Shown: positions 17,050-31,610 of the stretch, in pieces
Position numbering within the stretch: the first letter of the stretch is position 1
Layout of the letters: every line of letters starts with the position of its first letter
Assembly: GCF_009914755.1 (NCBI RefSeq)
Contig: NC_060936.1
Reading direction: 5' to 3' (one strand)
Length of the DNA stretch: 64,000 bases
Source: the human T2T-CHM13v2.0 reference genome, Homo sapiens
Notes under the pieces: generated by a model
The model's database searches: none
Seen by the model: the letters and a program-made list of their open reading frames with translations, nothing else
What the model was told of the DNA's origin: nothing
Made by a program: the position numbers and the translations under genes

Positions 17050-17332
17050 CCAATTTTGAAGCTCTTCACTTAGTAGGGCAACATTGGAAAAGTTATGTAT
17101 AATAACTTCTCTGAACCTCACTATCATCATCTGTAAAGTGGAGGAATATCTACCTTGAAGTGAGGGCTAAGATAAATTATAGTGAAGGTTTATCATAGTG
17201 TCAAGCATTTAATGTCAGTTATTTAATATGTTATTTCTCCATCTTGTCCACTAGATACCACAAAATTGATCTGAAATTTCATTATCACAGTTTCAATATT
17301 TTCCTGTCTTTGGTCTTTTGGAACTTTCCCCC

Positions 17333-17632
17333 TTTTTTTTTTTTTTTTTTTTTTTTTGAGACAGAGTCTCACTCTGTCACTCAGGCTGGAGTGCAGTGGT
17401 GCGATCTCACTGCAAGCTCTGCCTCCTGGGTTCGTGTCATTCTCCTGCCTCAGCCTCCTGAGTAGCTGGGACTACAGGTGCCTGCCACCATGCCCAGCTA
17501 ATTTTTTGCATTTTTAGTAGAGACGGGATTTCACCGTGTTAGCCGGGATGGTCTGGATCTCCTGACCTCATGATCCACCTGCCTTGGCCTCCCAAAGTGC
17601 TGGGATTAGAGACGTGAGCCATGGCACCTGGC
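17333..17632 (-). mobile_element. AluY, full length
   Basis: Long T tract; actgcaagctc, cattctcc and accgtgttagccgggatggtc diagnostics. Confidence 0.95.
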
Positions 17633-18014
17633 TGAGCTTTTCCTATTTTTAATGACTTTTAAAGGATTAATTGGCAATGATCTTGATATAAGCCTAGAGA
17701 TTTGTTTAACAGCTGAGAGCAATTATGACTTCCTATAGAGCACTAGATTAGCCCAGTGACTAATACAAATAATATCATTAATTTGGGTGCTGGGGAGAGG
17801 AACTCCATAAGAGTTGAGAATCAAACCTGGAAGTCAGACAGTAGCTTTTTTTTTTTTTTTTTAAATGTGGTATGCAGAAGTGGAAGACCATGCAGGATAA
17901 TTTTTATTAGATTTTATTACAGAACATTCAGCACAAATATTACTGCTCAGATTGGGGTGGGTGATTGTTGCATTTACTTGGACATTGTTTATCTGATAGT
18001 ATCATCATGATTAG

Positions 18015-18215
18015 GAGGTTCTGGGATCAGACTGACCTGGCTCCATCATTTGCCAGTGTGTGTAAGGTCACAGCTGGAACCTTGACTGAGTCTGTTTGCT
18101 CGTCACTTAAATGGTATCCAGAACATAAGATGGTTTGAGGATCATGGGAGAATGTGTGTCTGAAGTGCTTATCCTGGTTCCTAGTCCATAGTGGTGGACT
18201 CAATAAATGGTAGCC
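18015..18215 (+). mobile_element. MIR SINE
   Basis: atcagactgacctggctcc...aagtgcttatcctggttcctagtccatagtggtggactcaataaatggtagc tail. Confidence 0.7.
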
Positions 18216-20128
18216 GTGATTTTAACTATGGTAAGAGAAAATTTCGCAAAGGAACTGGCCGCCAAACACCACTAAAAATTTAATCATTGCCTTTTTTACA
18301 GCAGGCAGATTATATGAATATTTGCTTTCTTTTCTCTCAAGGGTGTAACACTGTGACCAACGAAGAGAGTGTTTTCTATCAGTGACTCGCAGACTTCCCT
18401 TTCACTGGAATCCAGCATATTAGCTGCATGGTTAACTTTGGAGCCAGGAAAACATCCTGCACATGACACTCCATCAAGCAGAGGAGACATGTTTCTCGGC
18501 TTCTCCTCTCTGGGACTTAATAGCCTCTGAAGGCTAGCCTTTACTGACTCATGAAGCTGTGTCTGCCTGGGGTCAGTGGTGGAGACATTGCGTTAACCCC
18601 AGCAAGCGAGCCATCACCAGAGCTTTGCACAGGGAGACACCACATAGAAAGGCAGATGAGGCAACACACACACCATCCCCAGACAGCCATGGGTCCCCAG
18701 AGACAGGAAAAATATGTGTTTTCTTAAAGAATTAGAAAAGAAAACCTTGCTTTTTCCTGTGTGGCTCATTGGTAGGAGATCTCAAATTCTAACCCTTGTT
18801 TTCTCTTTTACCTCTCTGTCTGCTAAAAAGCACTCCTTAGATCCAGTATCTAGCATGGTGAGCCTCCTGGATGCAGTGCTGCAGTGGCCACTGCTGGGTC
18901 AAAAACAAACACTGGGAAAGGAGGAAAATGATGTTTTTCTCTCTTTCAATAAAGCATTTGAAATCTCTAGTTCTGTTTTCTCCTTTCTCTCTCTGGTGTC
19001 CCATGTATGCAGTGATGAGAAAGGAAGTTCTTCCATCTGGTGTTTGTGACTCAATTATTCCTAACCCATTTTTATGTTGTTCTACCAGTAGTAGTTCCCC
19101 AGGTGCAGGTCACCTTCCTCTCTTATGACTCCCTGTACTCCAGGCTGTTTCTGGGATAGGTGTTCATGGTTGGGGAGAAACTGTACTCTCAACATTAGCA
19201 GAGAACATTTACTGAGTGATTGTAAATTGGTCCCTAGAGAGGTCCTGGGACATTTTCTTAGTGAGCCAATGCTGACTTCTGGAGAGCATTCCTTAGTAGG
19301 TGTCAGGATCAGCTTCATAATCTAGTCTAGAACTTTGTTAAGCTCAAGCTTTATGATAATGTGTGTCCATTTGTAATTATCACCTCTAATCATCATCTGG
19401 AAATGTAGATTTCAATTTGTGTGCAAAGGTGCCCACTGCCTTGGTTTTCTAGTCTGTTTTACGTAGTCTATTCTGTGCTTTTTAAGTCGACATACATTTT
19501 CTTTAGTAGACAAGGAATGATACTCCTGTTAGTAATGAAGAGAATGGTCAAAAAAGGCTGGGGATATGGTTGGGGTTAGATTTGTGCCATCCACATATGG
19601 CGGGTGGCAACCATATTGGACGGTGTAGATGTAGAACATTTCCATGATCACGGAAAGCTCTATTGGGCTTGTCAGATCTGTGTTAGATGACCAAAAAGAG
19701 TAGGATCACCTCCTGCTGGCCTGGAAGTCTCCATTAGCAGAAGCCAAGAGAGTGCTGTAGAATTCTTCGGACTCCTATAAAGACCACTGTCACTTATGTC
19801 TTCTCTACCTCCTCTGCTGCCTGGAGACCACAGGGCTACTCTCATCATGTCACTTATCACATGAAGCCCAGGACTGCCTGGCCATTTTCATGCCAAGACT
19901 CCTCCATGACTTTGCACTTCTCTTAAAGGATTTCACTGGCCCTTTGGAATTTTAAGGTCAATTGTCAGCATAATCTCCCAAAACCTCAACTCTTCACTGA
20001 ATCTTCTCTTCACTTCCTTGCTCTTCCCCAGACACTGCTTCCCTTGCAGCTCTCTTGAAAGATGGACATTTTCTCTCTCATCCTTCTTGTACTGCTGGAC
20101 CTGGAGGTGGGTGAATTATTTTGCCTTA

Positions 20129-20426
<298 letters not shown>

Positions 20427-20714
20427 CACTTCTGCCTCTAGACCTTTCTCTCTCTCCTCCTTAAAATCTGTTATAAATCTCATGTTGTCAATTTAGATCA
20501 CCCTATATCCCTGCTCCCTTGCTGTAGTCCATAAGGACACCTTGGGTCACTCTGCCTGATTTCTTGAGGACTTTTTAGCTTGTGGCTCACTGCCATTCTC
20601 TCATCATTATTTATTTAATTGTTAGTAATGTAAATAGACAGGTAGAGGATTCTTGACTTTTTCTCCTCTGCTTATCTTGTCCTCTGTCTCATCTCAGAAA
20701 CTATCTCTTGTAGT

Positions 20715-21260
20715 TGTCAACCTAAATAATGAGCTCTCTAAGAAATATGTTTATTTGCAAATAGAGCAACGCCTTGTGAATATGTGTGCCATGGTAAACT
20801 CTGTGCGTATTCAGGGAGGTAAAGGAAGACAAAGATTTTTTATGTTTTTTTAAAATTTTTTATTTTTAGAGACAAGGTCTCACTATGTTGCCCCAGCTGG
20901 CCTCGACTTCCTAGGCTCAAGTAATCCTCCCATGTCAGCCTTCTTAGTAGCTGGAATTACAGGCATGTGCCACTGCTGATAAAGGTTTTTAAAGGAAAAA
21001 ATGAGGAATACATAATCATTTTGAAATAATTATCCCTGGCTACAGAGACCAATAACAAGGGTGACACCAGTTCAAGGTTGGACAAGCAGTTGCTGTGCAG
21101 ATGTCCTTGCAGAAGTATTTTTTTTTGTGTGAGGTTGCAATGGCCTTTGTGCAAGGTTGTAGTTTTTGTAGTCTTTCATGATAGTTTTTACTATCAGGCA
21201 TCCTAGCCAGGAGAACCCTCATTTCGTGGCCTTCCCTGGTTCTGTTTGTAAAGGTTTTTT
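20715..21260 (-). mobile_element. ERV1 (MER4-group, MER84/MER72-like) solo LTR, main part
   Basis: Begins tgtcaacctaaat and includes tattcagggaggtaaaggaagacaaag and gatgtccttgcagaagta. Breaks off in a T tract at ~21255. TSD copy tagt at 20711-20714. Confidence 0.8.
20841..20977 (-). mobile_element. FLAM (Alu monomer) inserted in the ERV1 LTR
   Basis: Monomeric Alu. TSD gacaaagattttt (20828-20840) / gataaaggttttt (20978-20990), followed by AA. Confidence 0.85.
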
Positions 21261-21672
21261 AAATTTGTTTTTTTACTTTGAGCATTTTTTATTAATGTAT
21301 GGTTATTCATAACACAGCACGGTAAATAGAGATTTATGCTTTAAATGTTTAAACCTATATGCAATCTTTATATGTTTCCATATTCAGCCTTTATATACAT
21401 TTGGCAAGACTTTGCAAAAGCTGTCATTAGATAAGGATATTGAGTGCACAGGTTGCTGTTAATTCCAGTGGAAACAAAGTCTCTTAACTCATTTTTTTCT
21501 ACTTTGCTGATTTTCCAAACAATTGCATCTTTTTAAATTTCAAAATTATAATTTTGTTGACATTCAGAAATATTGACAATGCATGTAAAGGTATGCACAA
21601 TGCATAGAATATATTACAGCATGGAATGAAACTGCATATTCGTCTGCATTAATCTAATTATGCATATATATA
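21255..21672 (-). other. Non-L1 3' segment (putative 3' transduction) with AATAAA and poly(A) remnant
   Basis: On - strand it follows the L1 A7 tail. AATAAA (tttatt 21288-21293) lies 13 nt before an A-rich tract (21255-21274) that abuts the broken LTR. Confidence 0.75.
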
Positions 21673-21884
21673 TTTTTTTATTATACTTTAAGTTTTAGGG
21701 TACATGTGCACAATGTGCAGGTTTGTTACATATGTATACATGTGCCATGTTGGTGTGCTGCACCCATTAACTCGTCATTTAACATTAGGTTTATCTCCTA
21801 ATGCTATCCCTCCCCACTCCCCCAACCCCACAATAGGCCCCGGTGTGTGATGTTCCCCTTCTTGTGTCCATGTGTTCTCATTGC

Positions 21885-25714
<3,830 letters not shown>

Positions 25715-25774
25715 TATGATGTCAGCTGGTTATTTTGCTTAGTTGATGCAGTTTCTTCCTAGCCTCAGTGGTCT

Positions 25775-26781
25775 TCACAATTTGGCATGTTTTTGCAGTG
25801 GCTGGTACCAGTTGTTTCTTTCCATGTTTAGTGCTTCCTTCAGGAGCTCTTTTAGGGCAGGCCTGGTGGTGACAAAATCTCTCAGCATTTGCTTGTCTGT
25901 AAAGTATTTTATTTCTCCTTCACTTATGAAGCTTAATTTGGCTGGATATGAAATTCTGGGTTGAAAATTCTTTAAGAATGTTGAATATTGGCCCCCACTC
26001 TCTTCTGGCTTGTAGAGTTTCTGCTGAGAGATCAGCTGTTAGTCTGATGGGCTTCCCTTTGTGGGTAACCTGACCTTTCTCTCTGGCTGCCCTTAACATT
26101 TTTTCCTCCATTTCAACTTTGGTGAATCTGACAATTATGTGTCTTGGAGTTGCTCTTCTCGAGGAGTATCTTTGTGGCATTCTCTGTATTTCCTGAATTT
26201 GAATGTTGGCCTGCCTTGCTAGATTGGGGAAGTTCTGCTGGATAATATCCTGCAGAGTGTTTTCCAACTTGGTTCCATTCTCACTGTCACTTTCAGATAC
26301 ACCAATCAGAAGTAGATTTGGTCTTTTCACATAGTCCCATATTTCTTGGAGGCTTTGTTTGTTTCTTTTTATTCTTTTTTCTCTAAACTTCTTGCTTCAT
26401 TTCACTCATTTGATCTTCCATCACTGAAACCCCTTCTTCCACTTGATGGACGTGGCTACTGAGGCTTGTGCATTCATCATGTAGCTCTCGTGCCATGGTT
26501 TTCAGCTCCATCAGGTCCTTTAAGGACTTCTCTACATTGATTATTCTAGTTAGCCATTTGTCTAATTTGTTTTCAAGGTTTTTCACTTCTTTGCCGTGGG
26601 TTCGAACTTCTTCCTTTAGCTCAGAGTAGTTCAATTGTCTGAAGCCTTCTTCTCTCGACTTGTCGAAGTCATTCTCTGTCCAGCTTTGTTCCGTTGCTGG
26701 TGAGGAGCTGCGTTCCTTTGGAGGAGGAGAGGTGCTCTGATTTTTAGAGTTTCCAGCTTTTCTGCTCTGTTTTTCCCCCAT
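25775..26781 (-). pseudogene. L1 ORF1p remnant
   Basis: MGEKQSRKAGNSKNQSTSPPPKERSSSPATEQSW... and KRPNLLLIGV...RRATPRHIIVRFTKVEM, frameshifted. Confidence 0.95.
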
Positions 26782-27356
26782 CTTTGTGGTTTTATCTACC
26801 TTTGGTCTTTGACGATGGTGACATACCGATGGGGTTTTGGTGTGGATGTCCTTTCTGTTTGTTAGTTTTCCTTCTAACAGTCAGGACCCTCAGCTGCAGG
26901 TCTGTTGGAGTTCGCTGGAGGTCTAGTCCAGACCCTGTTTGCCTGGGTATCAGCAGCAGAGGCTGCAGAACAGCAGATATTGGTGAACAGCAAATGTTGC
27001 TGCCTGATCGTTCCTCTGGAAGTTTTGTTTCTGATGAGTACCTGGCCGTGTGAGGTGTCAGTCTGCTCCTACTGGGGTGTGCCTCCCAGTTAGGCTACTC
27101 GGGGGTCAGGGACCCACTTGAGGAGGCAGTCTGTCCATTCTCAGATCTCCAGCTGCATGCTGGGAGATCCACTACTCTCTTCAAAGCTGTCAGACAGGGA
27201 CATTTAAGTCTGCAGAGGTTTCTGCTGCCTGTTGTTTGGCTATGCCCTACCCCCAGAGGTGGAGTCTACAGAGGCAGGCAGGCCTCCTTGAGCTGTGGTG
27301 GGCTCCACCCAGTTCGAGCTTCTGGGCCGCTTTGTTTACCTACTGAAGCCTTGGCA

Positions 27357-27623
27357 ATGGCGGGTGCCCCTCCCCCAGCTTCACTGCTGCCTTGTAGTTT
27401 GATCTCAGACTGCTGTGCTAGCAATGAGCGAGGCTCCATGGGCGTAGGACCCTCTGAGCCAGGCGCGGGATATAATCTCCTGGTGTGCTGTTTGCTAAGA
27501 CCATTGCAAAAGCACAGTATTAGGGTGAGAGTGACCCGAATTTCCAGTTGCTGTCTGTCACCCCTTTTTTTGACTTGGAAAGGGAATTCCCTGACTCCTT
27601 GGCTGTTTTGCAGATCCACTTAA
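27357..27623 (+). CDS. ORF0: L1 antisense ORF0, open (88 aa), reads across the L1 5' junction; expression unknown
   Basis: MAGAPPPASLLPCSLISDCCASNERGSMGVGPSEPG... matches primate L1 ORF0. ATG context gcaATGG; TAA at 27621-27623 lies outside the L1. Confidence 0.6.
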   Translation: MAGAPPPASLLPCSLISDCCASNERGSMGVGPSEPGAGYNLLVCCLLRPLQKHSIRVRVTRISSCCLSPLFLTWKGNSLTPWLFCRST

Positions 27624-28268
27624 ACCCCTGTCTTCCTGCAGGGCATAACTTCACAAATACGTGTGGCGCAGACACAGAGTCCTAGAACATGTTTTGGGGA
27701 ATTGAAAATAGTTCCTTAAGACTGAGGTGTTCAGTGAGGAGGAAAGAAGGGCAAGGGATAAAACTTCATAGAAAATATCCACACTTGCCGTCTTTATTTT
27801 CTTTGGTTCAGTGCCTTAGTGAGTCAGGCTTTTGGACTGTAAACTTTGAATGGAAAGATCTAAGGCTGGGCATGCTTAAGTTTCAGACAAATCATCTGTC
27901 TTTGCTCCTTATGGTTCACACCTGGCATCTGTCAGCAGGGCTGCCTCCTTGGGATGCTGACTGGTGGTTACAAAAGAGAAGCCCCACAGCCTTTCATGAA
28001 ACAACTATATATCCCTGTATCATAGATCATAGAGAACCAAAATGTGTGGTTTAGGAAATGTCAAGCATGTTCAGGAATCTTAGACTTCATTCATTTGCCA
28101 TTAGTTGACATTAGATTGGTATTTCTTTGCCCACTATTGGCTCCTTGAAAACTGAATCCTAACTCTTAGAGCAGTGCCTGCACAGTCTTTCCATAAGGAT
28201 GAATTAATATGGGTGATGCAGCCACAAATTAGGCCTTTCAAATTTTTCAGCTGGTTTTTCCTCCAGAG
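27602..28268 (-). other. Apparently unique ~670-nt segment between the MST exon and the L1 (putative transduced non-coding exon(s))
   Basis: Lies inside the split LTR, so it is foreign to this locus. No L1 homology and no ORF in the track on -. Confidence 0.65.
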
Positions 28269-28405
28269 GGTGTCTGTAGGCTGTACAGGAAGCATGGCGC
28301 TAGCATCTGCTCAGCTTCTGGCGAGGCCTCAGGGAGCTTACAGTCATGGTGGAAGGTGAAGGCAGGAGCCAGGGTATCACATGGTGATAGAGGGAGCAAA
28401 AGAGC
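28269..28405 (-). mobile_element. MSTA/MSTB LTR fragment spanning approximately TSS to splice donor
   Basis: On -: gctcttttgctccctctatcaccatgtg...gtaagctccctgaggcctcgccagaagctgagcagatgctagcgccatgcttcctgtacagcctacagacacc. U3/TATA and the sequence after the GTGAG donor are absent. Confidence 0.85.
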
Positions 28406-28456
28406 TTTTTTTCTTTTAAACACTAGTAACTCCATTTTGGTTCTGAAACTTTCACA
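28406..28456 (-). mobile_element. Remaining terminus of the ERV1 solo LTR begun at 20715
   Basis: aacactagtaactccattttggttctgaaactttcaca, followed by tggt (28457-28460), which matches left TSD tagt with one mismatch. Confidence 0.8.
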
Positions 28457-30996
28457 TGGTCTTACACCAGTGGATCTTGTGCTTATGCTTAACTTGAACC
28501 TTGCCAGAATCTTAATTTCAAACATTCAGCTCCTAGATCATGTTTTTCATCTTTATAGCCCACTTCTTGCAGCAGCCTAGCTCCAACAATCTTTCAACAC
28601 TCCCAGGACCTTCAATCTAGTGTCTCCACCAGTCAAACACCAGAGGCAACCCTTCTGGGTGGATGAATTAAGAAAAGGTGTCTTCTCTGGGCATGAGACA
28701 CAGACTAGATTTTGGCCCTCTTTTACCCCTTTCAGACACAGCTAAGAAAAAAAAAAACTGTGCTGCCTGTTCACACTTCAAATTCGTGATCAGTAACCTC
28801 AAGTGAACCATGATTCCTCCCATCAGCTTGACTGTATTTCCTTTGCATATAATTTTGTTTGCCTAGACAATGATTTAATTTCCTCTTTCTTCTCTTCAGA
28901 GCTTTAACGTCTCCTCCCTCACTGAGTTTCAACTGATGACCTTGCTTTCCAATCCACCAAAGAAATTGGAGCCATGGCAAGAAAACCTCCACAAGTTCCT
29001 CTCAGCACACCTAGTCACCCATGTACATCTCTATCTACATGCTGTACCTTCTCTTTGGCTTGTATTCCTCCACTCGGGCACTGAATCTCATTGCTTTTGC
29101 CTACTCAAGGGCACTGCTGCCAGGATTCTCTCTGCTCCTTTTTATCACCAAATAATGCCTTTGCATTGGATCATTCCTACCAGAATTTAGGCATTATTTC
29201 TTTCCTCTTCAACACAGGTCTCTATAGACCTTATTTCCCTCTTCAGTTGCTCTGTTTTTCTATTTTCTGTCATAGGAAAATTTATCAAATGTATTGTCTG
29301 CACTTGAGGTCTCCATGACTGTGGTCAGTCTTTCACCTCTCTACTCTACTGCTCTTGTTAAGGTCACCAGCGACAACCACATTTTCAAAAACAGTGATCA
29401 AATTATCAGTCTTCCTCTCCTTGGCCTGTTAGAGGCATTTAACATAGTAGGTTGATCTCTCTTCCTTGGAATATTTTTTCATTTAGCTTCAAGGACACCA
29501 CACTCTTCTGGTTTCCATTAACCTTTTTGCAAAGTGATGTCTCCTCTACTGGTTCTTCCTTAACTCTAACCTCTAAATATTGGAACACCCCAGTGTTCAT
29601 TCTTGGTCTTCTTCTCTTTCTGTCTCTCCCTAAATGATCTTATCCAGCCTCATGGCTTCAAGTAACATTTTCCTGTTGATAATTCCCAAATTTATATCTA
29701 TCTTCAGCCTGGACACTCCATAGAATTTCAGACTTGTACTTCATACCCCCATTGCCTAATCAGAATTTCTACTTGGATATCAAATAGGCATCACAAATTG
29801 AACAAGATCAAACTGAACAACTGATATCCATCTCTCCTCTCAAAGAAACTGCTACTCCCATGGTCTTCTTTATCTCTAAGATGGCAATTCCATTCTTTTA
29901 GTTGATTAGCCCCCAAACCTTGGAGTTAATTGATTCATCTTTTGTCTCACACTATCAACAAATCCTATTGGCTCTAGCTTTAAGATATGTCCCAAATCAG
30001 GTCACTCATCTCCTCCATGGCTACCATCTTAGGTGAACCACCATCATCTCTCATTGGATATTTGTAATAGCTTCCTAACTGGTCTCCCTGCTTTCACCTT
30101 TGCTCTGTTATCTGTTTTCCACACAGCAGCTAGTGTAATCTTTCCAATACATAGGCCATATCATGTCATTCCTCTACTCATAATACTGCAATGCTTTTCC
30201 AGATTGCTCAGATAAAAGCCAATGCCCTATGCATGACCTACAAAGCCTTAAATGATCTGGCTCCCTGTTACTTCTATCCCAAGTTACTCTCTGACCTCCT
30301 CTTCCATCACGTTTCCTCCTTCTGTTTTAGTCACACTGCTTTCCTGAGTTCACCAGATAGGCTTTTGCCTCAGGACATTTGCACTTGCCATTCCCATGCT
30401 CAAAATGTCCTTTGTCCAGATACCCACGTGGCTCATGGCCTCACTCCCTTCAGGTGTTTATTCAAAAGTTTTAGTGAAGACTTTTGCAGATACTTTCTCT
30501 AAAATTTCATTCTCCTATGCATACTTTCTATTTCCTTCTCTGCTTTTTCTCCTTAGCACTACTTATCACTATCTAATGTACCTCACATTTTATACCATCT
30601 TGTTTTTCATCTGACTCTCCCACCAGAATTTAAGTTCTGTGGAAGCAGGACGTTTCAGTTGTCTGTGTTGTTCGTTTTGCTCTCTGTTGCGTCTCCAGTG
30701 CTTAAAAACGTGCTGGACTCCCAGCAGGTGGTTAAGAAATGTTTGCTGAATGACTAATTGAAGTTAAAGAGGAATCAGCCAATACTGCCTCTTTTTACAA
30801 GGCATTATAACCTACTGTTTAAGAGCATGGGCTCAAAATCCTGCTGTGTAACATTAGGTAGGTTATTTAATCTGTTTTCCCCTGTGCAAAATGGGGTAAT
30901 AAAATTTCCTACTGCATAGGGTTACTGGGAACATAGAGAAAACAGATATAGAGAAATAACTGTAGAGGTGAAATATTTAGACTAAGTGCACGTTAA

Positions 30997-31298
30997 GTTT
31001 TTTTTTTTTTTCTTTTTTAGCGACAGGGTCTTACTCTGCCACCCAGACTGGAGTGCAGTGTTGTGATCTTGGCTCACTGTGGTCTTAAACTCTGGGGCTC
31101 AAGTGATCCTCCCACTTTAGCCTCCTGAGTAGTTGGGACTTTAGGCATGGGTCACCACACCTGGCTAATTTTTAAATTTTTGGTGGAGATGGGGTCTTAC
31201 TATGTTGCCCAGACTGGTCTCAAACTGGTCCCATGAGCAATCCTCCTGCTTCAGCCTCCCAGAGTGCTGGGATTAAAGTTGTAAGCCACTGCAGCCAG
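30997..31298 (-). mobile_element. AluJ
   Basis: Poly-T, gacagggtct, ggctcaagtgatcctcc, dimeric structure. Confidence 0.9.
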
Positions 31299-31409
31299 AC
31301 ACGGAGTCTTAATTTTCATTATTATTGTTGTCCTCGGCTAATGTTATGTCATCTTCCCGTCTGTTCATTACACCATCCTTATAAGTTATTTATACAATAT
31401 AAACCTATT

Positions 31410-31610
31410 TATAGGAATTCCAGCTCTGCTGCTCATTAGCTGCGTGATATAAGGCAATGTACCTAATCTTTCTGAACCTCAGTTGTCTGATCTTTAGATT
31501 AGAGATAACAGTACTTACTTTGCAGAGTCATGGTGAGGATTAAATGATATTTAAAAGCAGTTAACAACTTGCCCTGACTCATAGTAAATGCTCGATAAGT
31601 AAAAGCTCTT
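31410..31610 (+). mobile_element. MIR SINE
   Basis: tccagctctgctgctcattagctgcgtgat...tctgaacctcagtt...gtgaggattaaatga. Confidence 0.8.

Noticed and set aside
18920-18970. CR1 RT-like peptide DVFLSFNKAFE
   Set aside because: It resembles YLDFSKAFD but is too short to call without a profile search.
27602-28268. 5' inversion (twin priming) of the L1, or a protein-coding retrocopy
   Set aside because: No L1 similarity in either orientation and no sustained ORF on the - strand.
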